Part shown: positions 32,601 to 40,769 of the stretch, one piece after another
How the letters are laid out: each line of letters begins with the position of its first letter
Numbering within the stretch: position 1 is the stretch's first letter
NCBI GenBank assembly: GCA_000146045.2
Contig: BK006944.2
Location: 512,001 to 576,000, forward strand
Length of the DNA: 64,000 nucleotides
Reading direction: 5' to 3'
From: TPA_inf: Saccharomyces
Taxonomy: Eukaryota
Position numbers and translations under genes: made by a program
Notes under the pieces: model-generated
The model's input: only the letters and a program-made list of their open reading frames with translations
What the model was told of the DNA's origin: nothing
Databases searched by the model: none

Positions 32601-35600
32601 CCTTCAGCTTTGTAAGCGCCCTCATAACAGACCCAAGCAGCTTGATTTGGATATCTCGTTCAGTGAGATGCCTTTTATTTACATTGACAGCCTCAATGAT
32701 CACTGTTATATTCTTTAAAGAGGTAAAATTTATATCCATATCCTCGACAGCTTCTCTGTCCCTGTTCATATCTTCATGCAATTTTCTAGCATCGCGTTCA
32801 TATATTGTTAAGAGATGCTTGCTGACATATAAGATCCAAGAATCCATTTTCGAACGGATATGACGTTGCGCATCTTCTGTATGAAGCACTAAGTTCTTTG
32901 AAAAGTTATTTCGGCTTATAATTAGATCGAATTTTGACTGAGAATCAAGAAGGCCTTTTAAAATTCCAAAGCATCTTTGTGTACTGTTATCGACTACTTC
33001 TAAAAACGCTTCCTCTGTAATTTGCCAGAGAAATTCCATCTTTTGCCATTCTTTGACGTAAGAATTTATCTTACAATGTAAATTTTGAACCTGTTCTATA
33101 CAATTTTGTATATCATCTTTTAGTTTGATGACTAGCGAATTAAAAGTCAGGGTAGTGGAAAGAGGATGATCAGGGTCATGCAAAAAATTAATTAAAACAA
33201 CTTTGTTTAAAAGAGCCTCAATATCCTTCAGTAAAGAACGTTTCATAGCAGCTAACGATGGAGATGATGTTATTCTACCTTCATTGAAACTGAGTTTCAA
33301 TACATGCTTTGGGAAATGCATTTTTTTCAAATTTAAGCGTACTTTCTCCAAGATTATGCTGATAATTAAGTTATTAAACGTGGAAATATGGTCACTAACA
33401 TTAGTAAGACCCTTGGTAAAAAGATTTTCAAAAATAGCTTGAATATTGCTTATTATTTCCTCCACTTCGTGCAGATCATCAGCAGTACCGTCAAAAGATT
33501 TCAGGCCAGAAAATTCCTTGGCAAACTGAGGCTCGGAGTTTTTCAATATTTGATAATCAGAAAGAATTCCATCAATTGACTTTTCCAATCTTGCTAGGCT
33601 GTGTACCGAACAGGACATTTCGGAACTTTCCTCTTGTAAAGATTCCCACGGCGTTATCAGAATTTGTTGTAATAGTAGCCATACAGTTTGCACGTTTCTC
33701 TTCAGAAAGATGTTCGTGTAAAATGTATAGGAAAGTGATTTACTAAGTGAAAAAAAAGTTTGAATTAGTTCAACCAAGTTTATTGCCCTCGGATACAAAT
33801 ACATGTAAGTTCTCGCAATACGTACTATGTGGCTAGGCACTTGAAAAGCCATATAGGTTAAACTCCTTAATTCCGAGTAAGCAGCAGCTAAGGCAAAATC
33901 GAAGTTGACTTTTAGTTCATAATCATCCTCATTATTTCTTATAAGCTTTAAAATAGGTGTCGTCAAAAGATTTGCTGTTGCTTTTTCAGGAAAATTCCCC
34001 AACCAGTGAAGGAACACATCGTGAGGATTTGTTTCCTTACGTAGTTGTACTATCGAAGTTGATATCGAACGCCCTTCAAGTGTGTCATTCCAATTAGAAC
34101 CAAAAAGTGCTTCGAGATACTGCACTATATTGTCAATACGGGATTGTACATTCAGAAAGTAGGAAATTCTTGCAGATATGGGAGGAATGTTATTTAAAGC
34201 TTCCACGTGCAGAATTTTAGGCAAGAGCTCTAAACCAGTCTCCAGTTGCCGTATATCTTTTTTTATTTCAAGTAGCAGTATCTGTTGATTCTCTAGTACT
34301 TTTACTTTTATCCTAGGACAAAGTTCCATTAATGGCTTGAATTTTACTAGATAACTTAATTTTTCGGTTGGACAGTGATCAGAGTCCATAAAACTTGCCA
34401 ACGTATTTTGTAACTTCTTTTCCAAATCGAGCATGTTTTTACTGAATTCACTTTCGGCTTGCTCCAATTTCAATCGAAAATTCACGGAAATATCATGGAT
34501 CTGCTCAAATGGATGATACAATCTCTGTATTTCTTCGTGATAAGTAGAAGGGGATATACTCTTAATGGTTTCTGCCAATGAAAAAAATCGCTTGCGTGTG
34601 CTTAAAATTTCATCCAAAGTAGCCTTTACGGATGCACTTGTAAATGTTAGCTTTTGTATAAGTAGCTCCTGTGGTGCTCTTTTCCTAAGATCCTCTCTTA
34701 TTAAAAGATTGACATCCTGGACAATATCATCCCATTCTTCTATCATGCCTGCTGATTTTTCATATAAACCCAAAAAAGAACCATACTCTAGCTGAAATAA
34801 ATCTGAAAGATTACTTAGAATTGCATCCATGACTTCTTGTGAAATTTTGTCCATCAGCACAACAAATCTTTGAACTGGATAACCTGAATATCTGAACTTC
34901 TTCAAAGAAGATGCTAAAACAGGAAATAGTTCCTGCAAGTCCTCAAGATTGCTTGCCTGGCGAACCTCATCGATAGGGATTGACGATAGAAATTGGTTAT
35001 ATTTATCCGCTAGCTTAAATTTATCTGAAAGTGAACCTTCATTCAATAAATTTGTTAAATTATGAAATCTCTTTGCGTTTGTTAGAACGGATAGACACAC
35101 CTGAAATTCTTGGCTTTGTGTTTGTTCAATTAACGACTTCAGTACTTCGTAGAAATTCGACCAAAACTCAACTTCGTCTAAAAAAGAACCATTTTTTATA
35201 TCTCTGTCAATGGCTAATGTTTGTTTAAGAACCAAAAACCATTTGTTTGCAATGCTTTGTAAAATGTTCAAAAATCTCATACTTTCCAAATCATTACTAG
35301 GAAGGTAGTTTGCATAATCATGTGAAGTAGCCCCTTTTGATACAGCCAATTTGATAATGCTAGGGACCATCGCTAAAAGATCTGGCGTTTCAATTGAGGT
35401 ATGTAACTGTTGAAATTGTTTAGAAATGTCGTCAAGTTTCCTCCTCGTTTTATCTATAGTTTCGACAGAATATGTCTTTGTATCTGATTTTATCAATTGG
35501 CCAAACACAGACGATACGCCATGTGTGATAATTGAGGCCAGGTTCCCCGCATTTACTGGACCAGGTAAGTATATGGCACTTATTTGTGTTGCAATCGGTT

Positions 35601-35925
35601 CTGCATCCACAATAACACTTCTAGATTTAATAATTAATAGAGTAGAATACTTTTTATTCGCCAAGTTGGCATCATATATAGCCTCTTCACCAATGTCTAT
35701 TGTAACTATTGTTCTATCCAGCTCTTCAAAAAGGAAGACAAACAACGTGTCGAACTCTCTCCCATCCAATAATCCCAAAAAAAATTGAAACCGTTCAAGG
35801 TATTGACAATGTAGATAATCAATGAATGCTTGCTCATTCTCTTTGGGAGAATTCTTTATACCCGTTACAGTAGCTGCAACAAATTCTATCAGCTCATTAG
35901 CAAGTCTTGCCTCATTCTTGCACAT
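23647..35925 (-). CDS. DYN1: Cytoplasmic dynein heavy chain, 4092 aa, one uninterrupted ORF
   Basis: ATG (cat at 35923-35925) gives MCKNEARLANELIEF... Four AAA+ P-loops are visible in the translation: FFGPAGTGKTETVKAF (AAA1; plus coordinates 30517-30540 encode GPAGTGKT), LVGKAGCGKTATWK (AAA2), LCGPPGSGKTMIMN (AAA3) and LIGASRTGKTILTR (AAA4). A coiled-coil stalk lies between AAA4 and AAA5. Confidence 0.97.
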   Translation of the reverse strand: MCKNEARLANELIEFVAATVTGIKNSPKENEQAFIDYLHCQYLERFQFFLGLLDGREFDTLFVFLFEELDRTIVTIDIGEEAIYDANLANKKYSTLLIIKSRSVIVDAEPIATQISAIYLPGPVNAGNLASIITHGVSSVFGQLIKSDTKTYSVETIDKTRRKLDDISKQFQQLHTSIETPDLLAMVPSIIKLAVSKGATSHDYANYLPSNDLESMRFLNILQSIANKWFLVLKQTLAIDRDIKNGSFLDEVEFWSNFYEVLKSLIEQTQSQEFQVCLSVLTNAKRFHNLTNLLNEGSLSDKFKLADKYNQFLSSIPIDEVRQASNLEDLQELFPVLASSLKKFRYSGYPVQRFVVLMDKISQEVMDAILSNLSDLFQLEYGSFLGLYEKSAGMIEEWDDIVQDVNLLIREDLRKRAPQELLIQKLTFTSASVKATLDEILSTRKRFFSLAETIKSISPSTYHEEIQRLYHPFEQIHDISVNFRLKLEQAESEFSKNMLDLEKKLQNTLASFMDSDHCPTEKLSYLVKFKPLMELCPRIKVKVLENQQILLLEIKKDIRQLETGLELLPKILHVEALNNIPPISARISYFLNVQSRIDNIVQYLEALFGSNWNDTLEGRSISTSIVQLRKETNPHDVFLHWLGNFPEKATANLLTTPILKLIRNNEDDYELKVNFDFALAAAYSELRSLTYMAFQVPSHIVRIARTYMYLYPRAINLVELIQTFFSLSKSLSYTFYTNIFLKRNVQTVWLLLQQILITPWESLQEESSEMSCSVHSLARLEKSIDGILSDYQILKNSEPQFAKEFSGLKSFDGTADDLHEVEEIISNIQAIFENLFTKGLTNVSDHISTFNNLIISIILEKVRLNLKKMHFPKHVLKLSFNEGRITSSPSLAAMKRSLLKDIEALLNKVVLINFLHDPDHPLSTTLTFNSLVIKLKDDIQNCIEQVQNLHCKINSYVKEWQKMEFLWQITEEAFLEVVDNSTQRCFGILKGLLDSQSKFDLIISRNNFSKNLVLHTEDAQRHIRSKMDSWILYVSKHLLTIYERDARKLHEDMNRDREAVEDMDINFTSLKNITVIIEAVNVNKRHLTERDIQIKLLGSVMRALTKLKVRFPSHFVYIDQLDNDFSSLRQSLSYVEQELQKHRVVIAKSLEEGVENINNLSQSLNESWSVRKPISPTLTPPEALKILEFFNESITKLKKKMHSVAAAAKMLLIPVVLNDQLTHVVEEVKTYDLVWRSIKNLWEDVQRTFETPWCRVDVLLLQSDLANFLRRADELPRAVKQFEMYKSLFSQVNMLTSVNKILVELKDGALKPRHWNMIFRDIGKRQIQKNLLDKLEFSLKDVMVLNLTLNEILLTKIIERAQKEFVIEKSLNRIKKFWKEAQYEVIEHSSGLKLVREWDVLEQACKEDLEELVSMKASNYYKIFEQDCLDLESKLTKLSEIQVNWVEVQFYWLDLYGILGENLDIQNFLPLETSKFKSLTSEYKMITTRAFQLDTTIEVIHIPNFDTTLKLTIDSLKMIKSSLSTFLERQRRQFPRFYFLGNDDLLKIIGSGKHHDQVSKFMKKMFGSIESIIFLEDFITGVRSVEGEVLNLNEKIELKDSIQAQEWLNILDTEIKLSVFTQFRDCLGQLKDGTDIEVVVSKYIFQAILLSAQVMWTELVEKCLQTNQFSKYWKEVDMKIKGLLDKLNKSSDNVKKKIEALLVEYLHFNNVIGQLKNCSTKEEARLLWAKVQKFYQKNDTLDDLNSVFISQSGYLLQYKFEYIGIPERLIYTPLLLIGFATLTDSLHQKYGGCFFGPAGTGKTETVKAFGQNLGRVVVVFNCDDSFDYQVLSRLLVGITQIGAWGCFDEFNRLDEKVLSAVSANIQQIQNGLQVGKSHITLLEEETPLSPHTAVFITLNPGYNGRSELPENLKKSFREFSMKSPQSGTIAEMILQIMGFEDSKSLASKIVHFLELLSSKCSSMNHYHFGLRTLKGVLRNCSPLISEFGEGEKTVVESLKRVILPSLGDTDELVFKDELSKIFDSAGTPLNSKAIVQCLKDAGQRSGFSMSEEFLKKCMQFYYMQKTQQALILVGKAGCGKTATWKTVIDAMAIFDGHANVVYVIDTKVLTKESLYGSMLKATLEWRDGLFTSILRRVNDDITGTFKNSRIWVVFDSDLDPEYVEAMNSVLDDNKILTLPNGERLPIPPNFRILFETDNLDHTTPATITRCGLLWFSTDVCSISSKIDHLLNKSYEALDNKLSMFELDKLKDLISDSFDMASLTNIFTCSNDLVHILGVRTFNKLETAVQLAVHLISSYRQWFQNLDDKSLKDVITLLIKRSLLYALAGDSTGESQRAFIQTINTYFGHDSQELSDYSTIVIANDKLSFSSFCSEIPSVSLEAHEVMRPDIVIPTIDTIKHEKIFYDLLNSKRGIILCGPPGSGKTMIMNNALRNSSLYDVVGINFSKDTTTEHILSALHRHTNYVTTSKGLTLLPKSDIKNLVLFCDEINLPKLDKYGSQNVVLFLRQLMEKQGFWKTPENKWVTIERIHIVGACNPPTDPGRIPMSERFTRHAAILYLGYPSGKSLSQIYEIYYKAIFKLVPEFRSYTEPFARASVHLYNECKARYSTGLQSHYLFSPRELTRLVRGVYTAINTGPRQTLRSLIRLWAYEAWRIFADRLVGVKEKNSFEQLLYETVDKYLPNQDLGNISSTSLLFSGLLSLDFKEVNKTDLVNFIEERFKTFCDEELEVPMVIHESMVDHILRIDRALKQVQGHMMLIGASRTGKTILTRFVAWLNGLKIVQPKIHRHSNLSDFDMILKKAISDCSLKESRTCLIIDESNILETAFLERMNTLLANADIPDLFQGEEYDKLLNNLRNKTRSLGLLLDTEQELYDWFVGEIAKNLHVVFTICDPTNNKSSAMISSPALFNRCIINWMGDWDTKTMSQVANNMVDVIPMEFTDFIVPEVNKELVFTEPIQTIRDAVVNILIHFDRNFYQKMKVGVNPRSPGYFIDGLRALVKLVTAKYQDLQENQRFVNVGLEKLNESVLKVNELNKTLSKKSTELTEKEKEARSTLDKMLMEQNESERKQEATEEIKKILKVQEEDIRKRKEVVMKSIQDIEPTILEAQRGVKNIKKQQLTEIRSMVNPPSGVKIVMEAVCAILGYQFSNWRDIQQFIRKDDFIHNIVHYDTTLHMKPQIRKYMEEEFLSDPNFTYETINRASKACGPLYQWVNAQINFSKVLENVDPLRQEMKRIEFESLKTKANLLAAEEMTQDLEASIEVSKRKYSLLIRDVEAIKTEMSNVQANLDRSISLVKSLTFEKERWLNTTKQFSKTSQELIGNCIISSIYETYFGHLNERERADMLVILKRLLGKFAVKYDVNYRFIDYLVTLDEKMKWLECGLDKNDYFLENMSIVMNSQDAVPFLLDPSSHMITVISNYYGNKTVLLSFLEEGFVKRLENAIRFGSVVIIQDGEFFDPIISRLISREFNHAGNRVTVEIGDHEVDVSGDFKLFIHSCDPSGDIPIFLRSRVRLVHFVTNKESIETRIFDITLTEENAEMQRKREDLIKLNTEYKLKLKNLEKRLLEELNNSQGNMLENDELMVTLNNLKKEAMNIEKKLSESEEFFPQFDNLVEEYSIIGKHSVKIFSMLEKFGQFHWFYGISIGQFLSCFKRVFIKKSRETRAARTRVDEILWLLYQEVYCQFSTALDKKFKMIMAMTMFCLYKFDIESEQYKEAVLTMIGVLSESSDGVPKLTVDTNNDLRYLWDYVTTKSYISALNWFKNEFFVDEWNIADVVANSENNYFTMASERDVDGTFKLIELAKASKESLKIIPLGSIENLNYAQEEISKSKIEGGWILLQNIQMSLSWVKTYLHKHVEETKAAEEHEKFKMFMTCHLTGDKLPAPLLQRTDRFVYEDIPGILDTVKDLWGSQFFTGKISGVWSVYCTFLLSWFHALITARTRLVPHGFSKKYYFNDCDFQFASVYLENVLATNSTNNIPWAQVRDHIATIVYGGKIDEEKDLEVVAKLCAHVFCGSDNLQIVPGVRIPQPLLQQSEEEERARLTAILSNTIEPADSLSSWLQLPRESILNYERLQAKEVASSTEQLLQEM

Positions 35926-36215
35926 TGCCTAAAAAACGTTTTGACGTACTTTCCAATTTAAGCTCTGAACGAGTATTATTGCCCTTCTATGTTCTATGCT
36001 TTCTGTTAATTTTTATATGTAATGTTTGTTTACCTTTCATTAGCTTATTTATTAGAATCCGTACAATGCGACCTTCCGCGCATCAATTCGGGATGATCTG
36101 ATTAAGTAGTTATAGCCTTACGTTAAGACGACAAAAGACATGATAAGCATCCCTCAAAAGTTACAGCAAACTTAAGTCAAATAGGTCCAAAAATCTCCAA
36201 TAGTAACGCTTTTTC

Positions 36216-37091
36216 ATGAATACACTATTATTTAAGCGAAAAGGTGGCAATTGTGGGAACGAAAGTAACATAGTTTCGCAGGGATCGCCCTCAAGTAGCA
36301 ATCTTCCTGAATCACCTGGCACTTTAGATGAAAAGAATCTTCCCAGATTGCCTACTCCATTCGCTAGAAGCCTTTCTACCATTCCTAGTTATGAGCAGAT
36401 GAAACGTACAAACAAACTGCCAGATTATCACCTAAAGATTGTTGTTGTGGGAGATGGCGCTGTAGGGAAGACGTGCCTGCTGATATCTTATGTCCAAGGA
36501 ACATTTCCGACTGATTATATTCCTACTATTTTCGAAAATTATGTCACAAACATAGAAGGACCCAACGGTCAAATTATAGAATTGGCATTATGGGACACTG
36601 CCGGCCAAGAAGAGTATAGTAGACTTAGACCGCTTTCATATACGAATGCAGATGTGCTGATGGTGTGCTATTCTGTTGGTAGTAAGACATCGCTTAAAAA
36701 TGTGGAAGATCTCTGGTTCCCAGAGGTTAAGCATTTTTGTCCTTCCACTCCAATCATGCTAGTCGGCCTTAAATCAGATCTATATGAAGCTGATAACCTT
36801 TCAGATCTGGTGGAACCAAGTTCAGCAGAATCCTTGGCCAAGCGTCTGGGGGCATTTGCACATATTCAATGCTCAGCACGATTGAAAGAAAATATCGATG
36901 AAGTATTTGAAACTGCCATACACACGTTACTTTCCGATTCATTATATGCTCCCAGAGAGCCTACACATACAATCAAAAATCCCTTTAAAAGAAATACCAC
37001 CAGATCAGATATCGATTCTTCTACTGGAGATACCAGCGTCTCTATTTCCGGAACGAAAAGATTAAGAAAAAACAAGTGTATTATAATGTAA
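36216..37091 (+). CDS. RHO4: Rho-family small GTPase with about 70-aa N-terminal extension and C-terminal CAAX (CIIM), 291 aa
   Basis: ATG at 36216. The ORF has GDGAVGKT (G1), DTAGQE (G3) and a CIIM terminus. Confidence 0.93.
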   Translation: MNTLLFKRKGGNCGNESNIVSQGSPSSSNLPESPGTLDEKNLPRLPTPFARSLSTIPSYEQMKRTNKLPDYHLKIVVVGDGAVGKTCLLISYVQGTFPTDYIPTIFENYVTNIEGPNGQIIELALWDTAGQEEYSRLRPLSYTNADVLMVCYSVGSKTSLKNVEDLWFPEVKHFCPSTPIMLVGLKSDLYEADNLSDLVEPSSAESLAKRLGAFAHIQCSARLKENIDEVFETAIHTLLSDSLYAPREPTHTIKNPFKRNTTRSDIDSSTGDTSVSISGTKRLRKNKCIIM

Positions 37092-37447
37092 GAATAATGA
37101 TGAAGATTATTCTGTTGCCCATTCTGTACGCACTTACAACATTTGAAAAGTGGCAAGAAAAAATACACACATTTTACTATCTTCCGCTATCTTATTTATC
37201 AAGACGAAACAATTAGAACCTGATTTAATTTAACTTCCATTTTTCTGAATCTGGTGTGATATACCGCTCCAATATATTCGAATTTATCCCAATTTTATCA
37301 TAATAATTCATTTTAATTCGATGTCATAAAGTACTAATTCGATATTAATCTAGCCTAATTACATTAAATACTTAATAAAAGCTTCTGTGACATAAAAGTA
37401 CAAATCTGTCATTTTATTTTAGAGGAATAGTTTAGGACAAAGTCATT

Positions 37448-39367
37448 ATGTACGAACAGTTTGAATTTTCTTTTTTTTTCTTCGAAAATTCAGACAATAA
37501 GGTTAAATATAAAGCTCATCTCATCTCATCGATAAAACGCTGGAGTATTATCACATGCATGCGTTGCTTTTGGACCGTACAGAAGTCTATATTTAAAGCT
37601 AGGTTTTTCGCTTGCAGAAACTTTGTCAAGAAGCATAATTATAAACTAATCAGCACCATGACTGGAAGTACTGAAATGGTACCACCAACAATGAAACATA
37701 CCGTTGACAACAAAAGGCTTTCGTCTCCTTTGACAGATTCTGGTAACCGCCGGACTAAGAAGCCAAAGTTGAGAAAGTACAAGGCCAAAAAGGTTGAAAC
37801 AACTTCTCCGATGGGTGTCCTAGAATTTGAAGTGAACGATTTGTTAAAATCTCAAAATTTGTCCAGGGAGCAGGTTCTGAACGATGTTACTTCAATTCTA
37901 AATGATAAGTCCTCAACAGATGGACCTATCGTCTTACAATATCACCGAGAGGTAAAAAATGTCAAGGTCTTAGAAATTACTTCCAATGGCAACGGGTTGG
38001 CTTTGATCGATAATCCTGTTGAAACAGAAAAGAAGCAAGTTGTTATCATACCGTTTGGCCTGCCCGGTGATGTAGTTAATATCAAAGTCTTTAAGACCCA
38101 CCCTTACTATGTCGAGAGTGATTTATTAGACGTAGTGGAAAAATCTCCAATGAGAAGAGATGATTTAATTAGGGATAAATATTTCGGGAAATCTTCAGGA
38201 AGTCAATTAGAGTTCTTAACTTACGATGACCAACTAGAATTGAAAAGAAAAACAATTATGAATGCCTACAAGTTCTTCGCACCAAGGTTAGTTGCTGAAA
38301 AACTTTTACCCCCATTTGACACCACCGTAGCTTCCCCTTTACAATTTGGCTACAGGACCAAAATTACGCCTCATTTCGATATGCCAAAAAGAAAACAAAA
38401 GGAACTATCAGTAAGGCCTCCTTTAGGATTTGGTCAAAAGGGTAGACCTCAATGGAGAAAAGATACTTTGGATATCGGCGGACATGGTTCGATATTAGAT
38501 ATCGATGAATGTGTGCTTGCAACTGAAGTTCTCAACAAAGGATTGACTAATGAAAGAAGAAAGTTTGAGCAAGAGTTTAAAAACTACAAAAAAGGCGCGA
38601 CTATTTTACTGAGAGAGAATACCACTATTTTAGACCCTTCCAAACCAACTTTAGAACAGTTAACCGAAGAAGCCTCTAGGGATGAAAATGGTGATATAAG
38701 TTATGTCGAAGTCGAAGACAAAAAGAACAATGTCAGGCTGGCTAAAACTTGCGTTACCAATCCTAGACAAATTGTCACTGAATATGTTGATGGATATACT
38801 TTTAATTTTAGTGCGGGTGAGTTTTTTCAAAATAATAACTCTATCCTGCCAATAGTGACCAAGTATGTCCGTGATAACTTGCAAGCTCCCGCTAAAGGTG
38901 ATGATAATAAAACAAAGTTTCTAGTAGATGCTTATTGTGGATCAGGTCTTTTCAGTATATGCAGCTCCAAGGGCGTAGATAAAGTGATTGGTGTAGAAAT
39001 TTCCGCTGACAGTGTCTCTTTTGCAGAAAAAAATGCAAAGGCAAATGGTGTTGAAAACTGTAGATTCATCGTTGGAAAGGCTGAGAAACTCTTTGAGTCT
39101 ATTGATACTCCAAGTGAAAACACTTCCGTTATCTTGGATCCACCACGCAAGGGCTGTGACGAATTATTCCTAAAGCAATTAGCCGCATATAATCCAGCCA
39201 AGATTATTTACATATCGTGTAATGTCCATTCCCAGGCACGTGATGTCGAGTACTTCCTCAAAGAAACAGAAAACGGTTCCGCCCACCAGATTGAAAGCAT
39301 AAGAGGATTTGATTTCTTTCCACAAACGCACCACGTTGAGAGTGTGTGTATAATGAAGAGAATCTAA
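37448..39367 (+). CDS. TRM2: tRNA (m5U54) methyltransferase (TrmA/RumA family), 639 aa as annotated
   Basis: The ORF runs from the ATG at 37448. The C-terminal SAM-MTase motifs are VDAYCGSGLFS and DPPRKGC. The N-terminal 70 residues have an odd composition (see findings). Confidence 0.88.
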   Translation: MYEQFEFSFFFFENSDNKVKYKAHLISSIKRWSIITCMRCFWTVQKSIFKARFFACRNFVKKHNYKLISTMTGSTEMVPPTMKHTVDNKRLSSPLTDSGNRRTKKPKLRKYKAKKVETTSPMGVLEFEVNDLLKSQNLSREQVLNDVTSILNDKSSTDGPIVLQYHREVKNVKVLEITSNGNGLALIDNPVETEKKQVVIIPFGLPGDVVNIKVFKTHPYYVESDLLDVVEKSPMRRDDLIRDKYFGKSSGSQLEFLTYDDQLELKRKTIMNAYKFFAPRLVAEKLLPPFDTTVASPLQFGYRTKITPHFDMPKRKQKELSVRPPLGFGQKGRPQWRKDTLDIGGHGSILDIDECVLATEVLNKGLTNERRKFEQEFKNYKKGATILLRENTTILDPSKPTLEQLTEEASRDENGDISYVEVEDKKNNVRLAKTCVTNPRQIVTEYVDGYTFNFSAGEFFQNNNSILPIVTKYVRDNLQAPAKGDDNKTKFLVDAYCGSGLFSICSSKGVDKVIGVEISADSVSFAEKNAKANGVENCRFIVGKAEKLFESIDTPSENTSVILDPPRKGCDELFLKQLAAYNPAKIIYISCNVHSQARDVEYFLKETENGSAHQIESIRGFDFFPQTHHVESVCIMKRI

Positions 39368-39515
39368 TTGCACATATAAAATATCTATCACTATGTATAT
39401 CTTTCTAGAGTAAATGTCTTCCTGTACTTTTAAATCCGTACATTTTGAAAATTGAAAATGTATCTCAGATTCATTTTTCAATTCGAAATGAACGAAAATT
39501 ACACTAAAAAGGTAA

Positions 39516-39528
39516 CGTGTAGAGTGAT
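39516..39528 (+). promoter_or_regulatory. Candidate Abf1 site (CGTNNNNNRYGAY) about 130 bp upstream of RPS21A
   Basis: cgtgtagagtgat is a full match to the Abf1 consensus. Many ribosomal-protein promoters use Abf1. Confidence 0.35.
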
Positions 39529-39656
39529 ATTATGCACAACGATTTTTTGAAAATTTCATATACGTTATTCTAATGTTTAGTAGAGAGTTTAGCGGAAGAT
39601 ATAAGGTGATCAGGCGTAAATTAACCACATACAAACCATAGAAACATCATACCAAA

Positions 39657-39680
39657 ATGGAAAACGATAAGGGCCAATTA
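39657..39680 (+). CDS. RPS21A: Ribosomal protein S21 (eS21), exon 1 (8 codons: MENDKGQL)
   Basis: ATGGAAAACGATAAGGGCCAATTA is followed directly by the 5' splice site GTATGT at 39681. Confidence 0.9.
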
Positions 39681-40002
39681 GTATGTTCGAGAAATCTATA
39701 AGATTTTTTATATTTTAACGGATGAATGGAAAGTGCATGGCTGTTTAAATAAATGTAAGAAAGATATCATAATGCAAACAAAACGTAGGCATCCGCAATG
39801 TATGGAAAACATACTTATGGTTACCGATAATAAGCAACTCCGAAGGTGCCATAGACCAGCTCTGAATGCAGCCTACAAAAGTTGAGCAATTTCTGACAAA
39901 ATTCTTCGATTACTTTCTTCACATGTATTAAATCATCACTCACCACCACCAACAATGTGTTTTTTAAACTAGCATAACTAACAAAGATTTGTTTTACATC
40001 AG
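39681..40002 (+). other. RPS21A: RPS21A spliceosomal intron, 322 nt
   Basis: 5' splice site GTATGT at 39681. Branch-point-like TAACTAAC at 39975-39982. 3' splice site CATCAG at 39997-40002. Confidence 0.88.
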
Positions 40003-40242
40003 GTCGAACTTTACGTTCCAAGAAAATGTTCTGCTACCAACAGAATCATCAAGGCTGATGACCACGCATCTGTTCAAATCAACGTCGCTAAGGTTGATGA
40101 AGAAGGACGTGCTATCCCAGGTGAGTACGTTACCTACGCTTTGTCCGGTTACGTTAGATCCAGAGGTGAATCTGATGATTCTTTGAACCGTTTGGCTCAA
40201 AACGATGGTTTGTTAAAGAACGTCTGGTCTTACTCACGTTAA
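40003..40242 (+). CDS. RPS21A: Ribosomal protein S21 (eS21), exon 2; spliced product 87 aa
   Basis: Exon 2 reads [79 protein letters not shown] and stops at TAA 40240-40242. Confidence 0.92.
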
Positions 40243-40769
40243 GAGAAAAGAAAAAGAGGATTCGATTTAAGCTTCATATCGTTCAGACTAATAGGTAACT
40301 GACGATTTTTCTCTTCATTACCAACTTTTCACCATATGTTCTAATTCGTCGGATTTTCGATGAAGCGTTTTAGGTACTCTATAGGTATTTAGGTTATAAT
40401 AATATATTGTATTTTTAGACAACCGGAACCTGTTTAATTTGAAGAGTCATTGTATTCTTGGCTATTCTGTTTAAAGTTTTGCAGTGTGGAGTCCCTGAGA
40501 AACCCCCGAGCAAAAAAAAGACCCCAAAACCCCGTAAATATTACTACTCTACTTGTGTGTTATACATTTTCAGGAGTCAAAACGTACTAACAACCTTAAG
40601 CTTGCTTAAAGAGGTGCTATATATGTCGATAAGAAGCAGAGTATAAGGGTGCCTGAAAATGTTTGTTGCTTGTAAGCTATGCCTTTACTCTTGACTTACT
40701 TCAATATTGTTGGCAATTCGTGGTGGAGACTTAGTAGGGATTCTATTTTCGCGTACTAGTGTGATGGGA

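Noticed and set aside
24203-35788. More than 25 plus-strand ORFs of 60-123 aa scattered through the DYN1 locus
   Set aside because: All are antisense to a single continuous, conserved 4092-codon ORF. Such ORFs are expected by chance in 12 kb of AT-rich sequence, and none shows a recognisable domain.
39433-39446. Rap1 site upstream of RPS21A
   Set aside because: The best candidate, AAATCCGTACATTT, matches the ACACCCATACATTT consensus at only about 10 of 14 positions. I do not call it. An Abf1 consensus match nearby is the better candidate.
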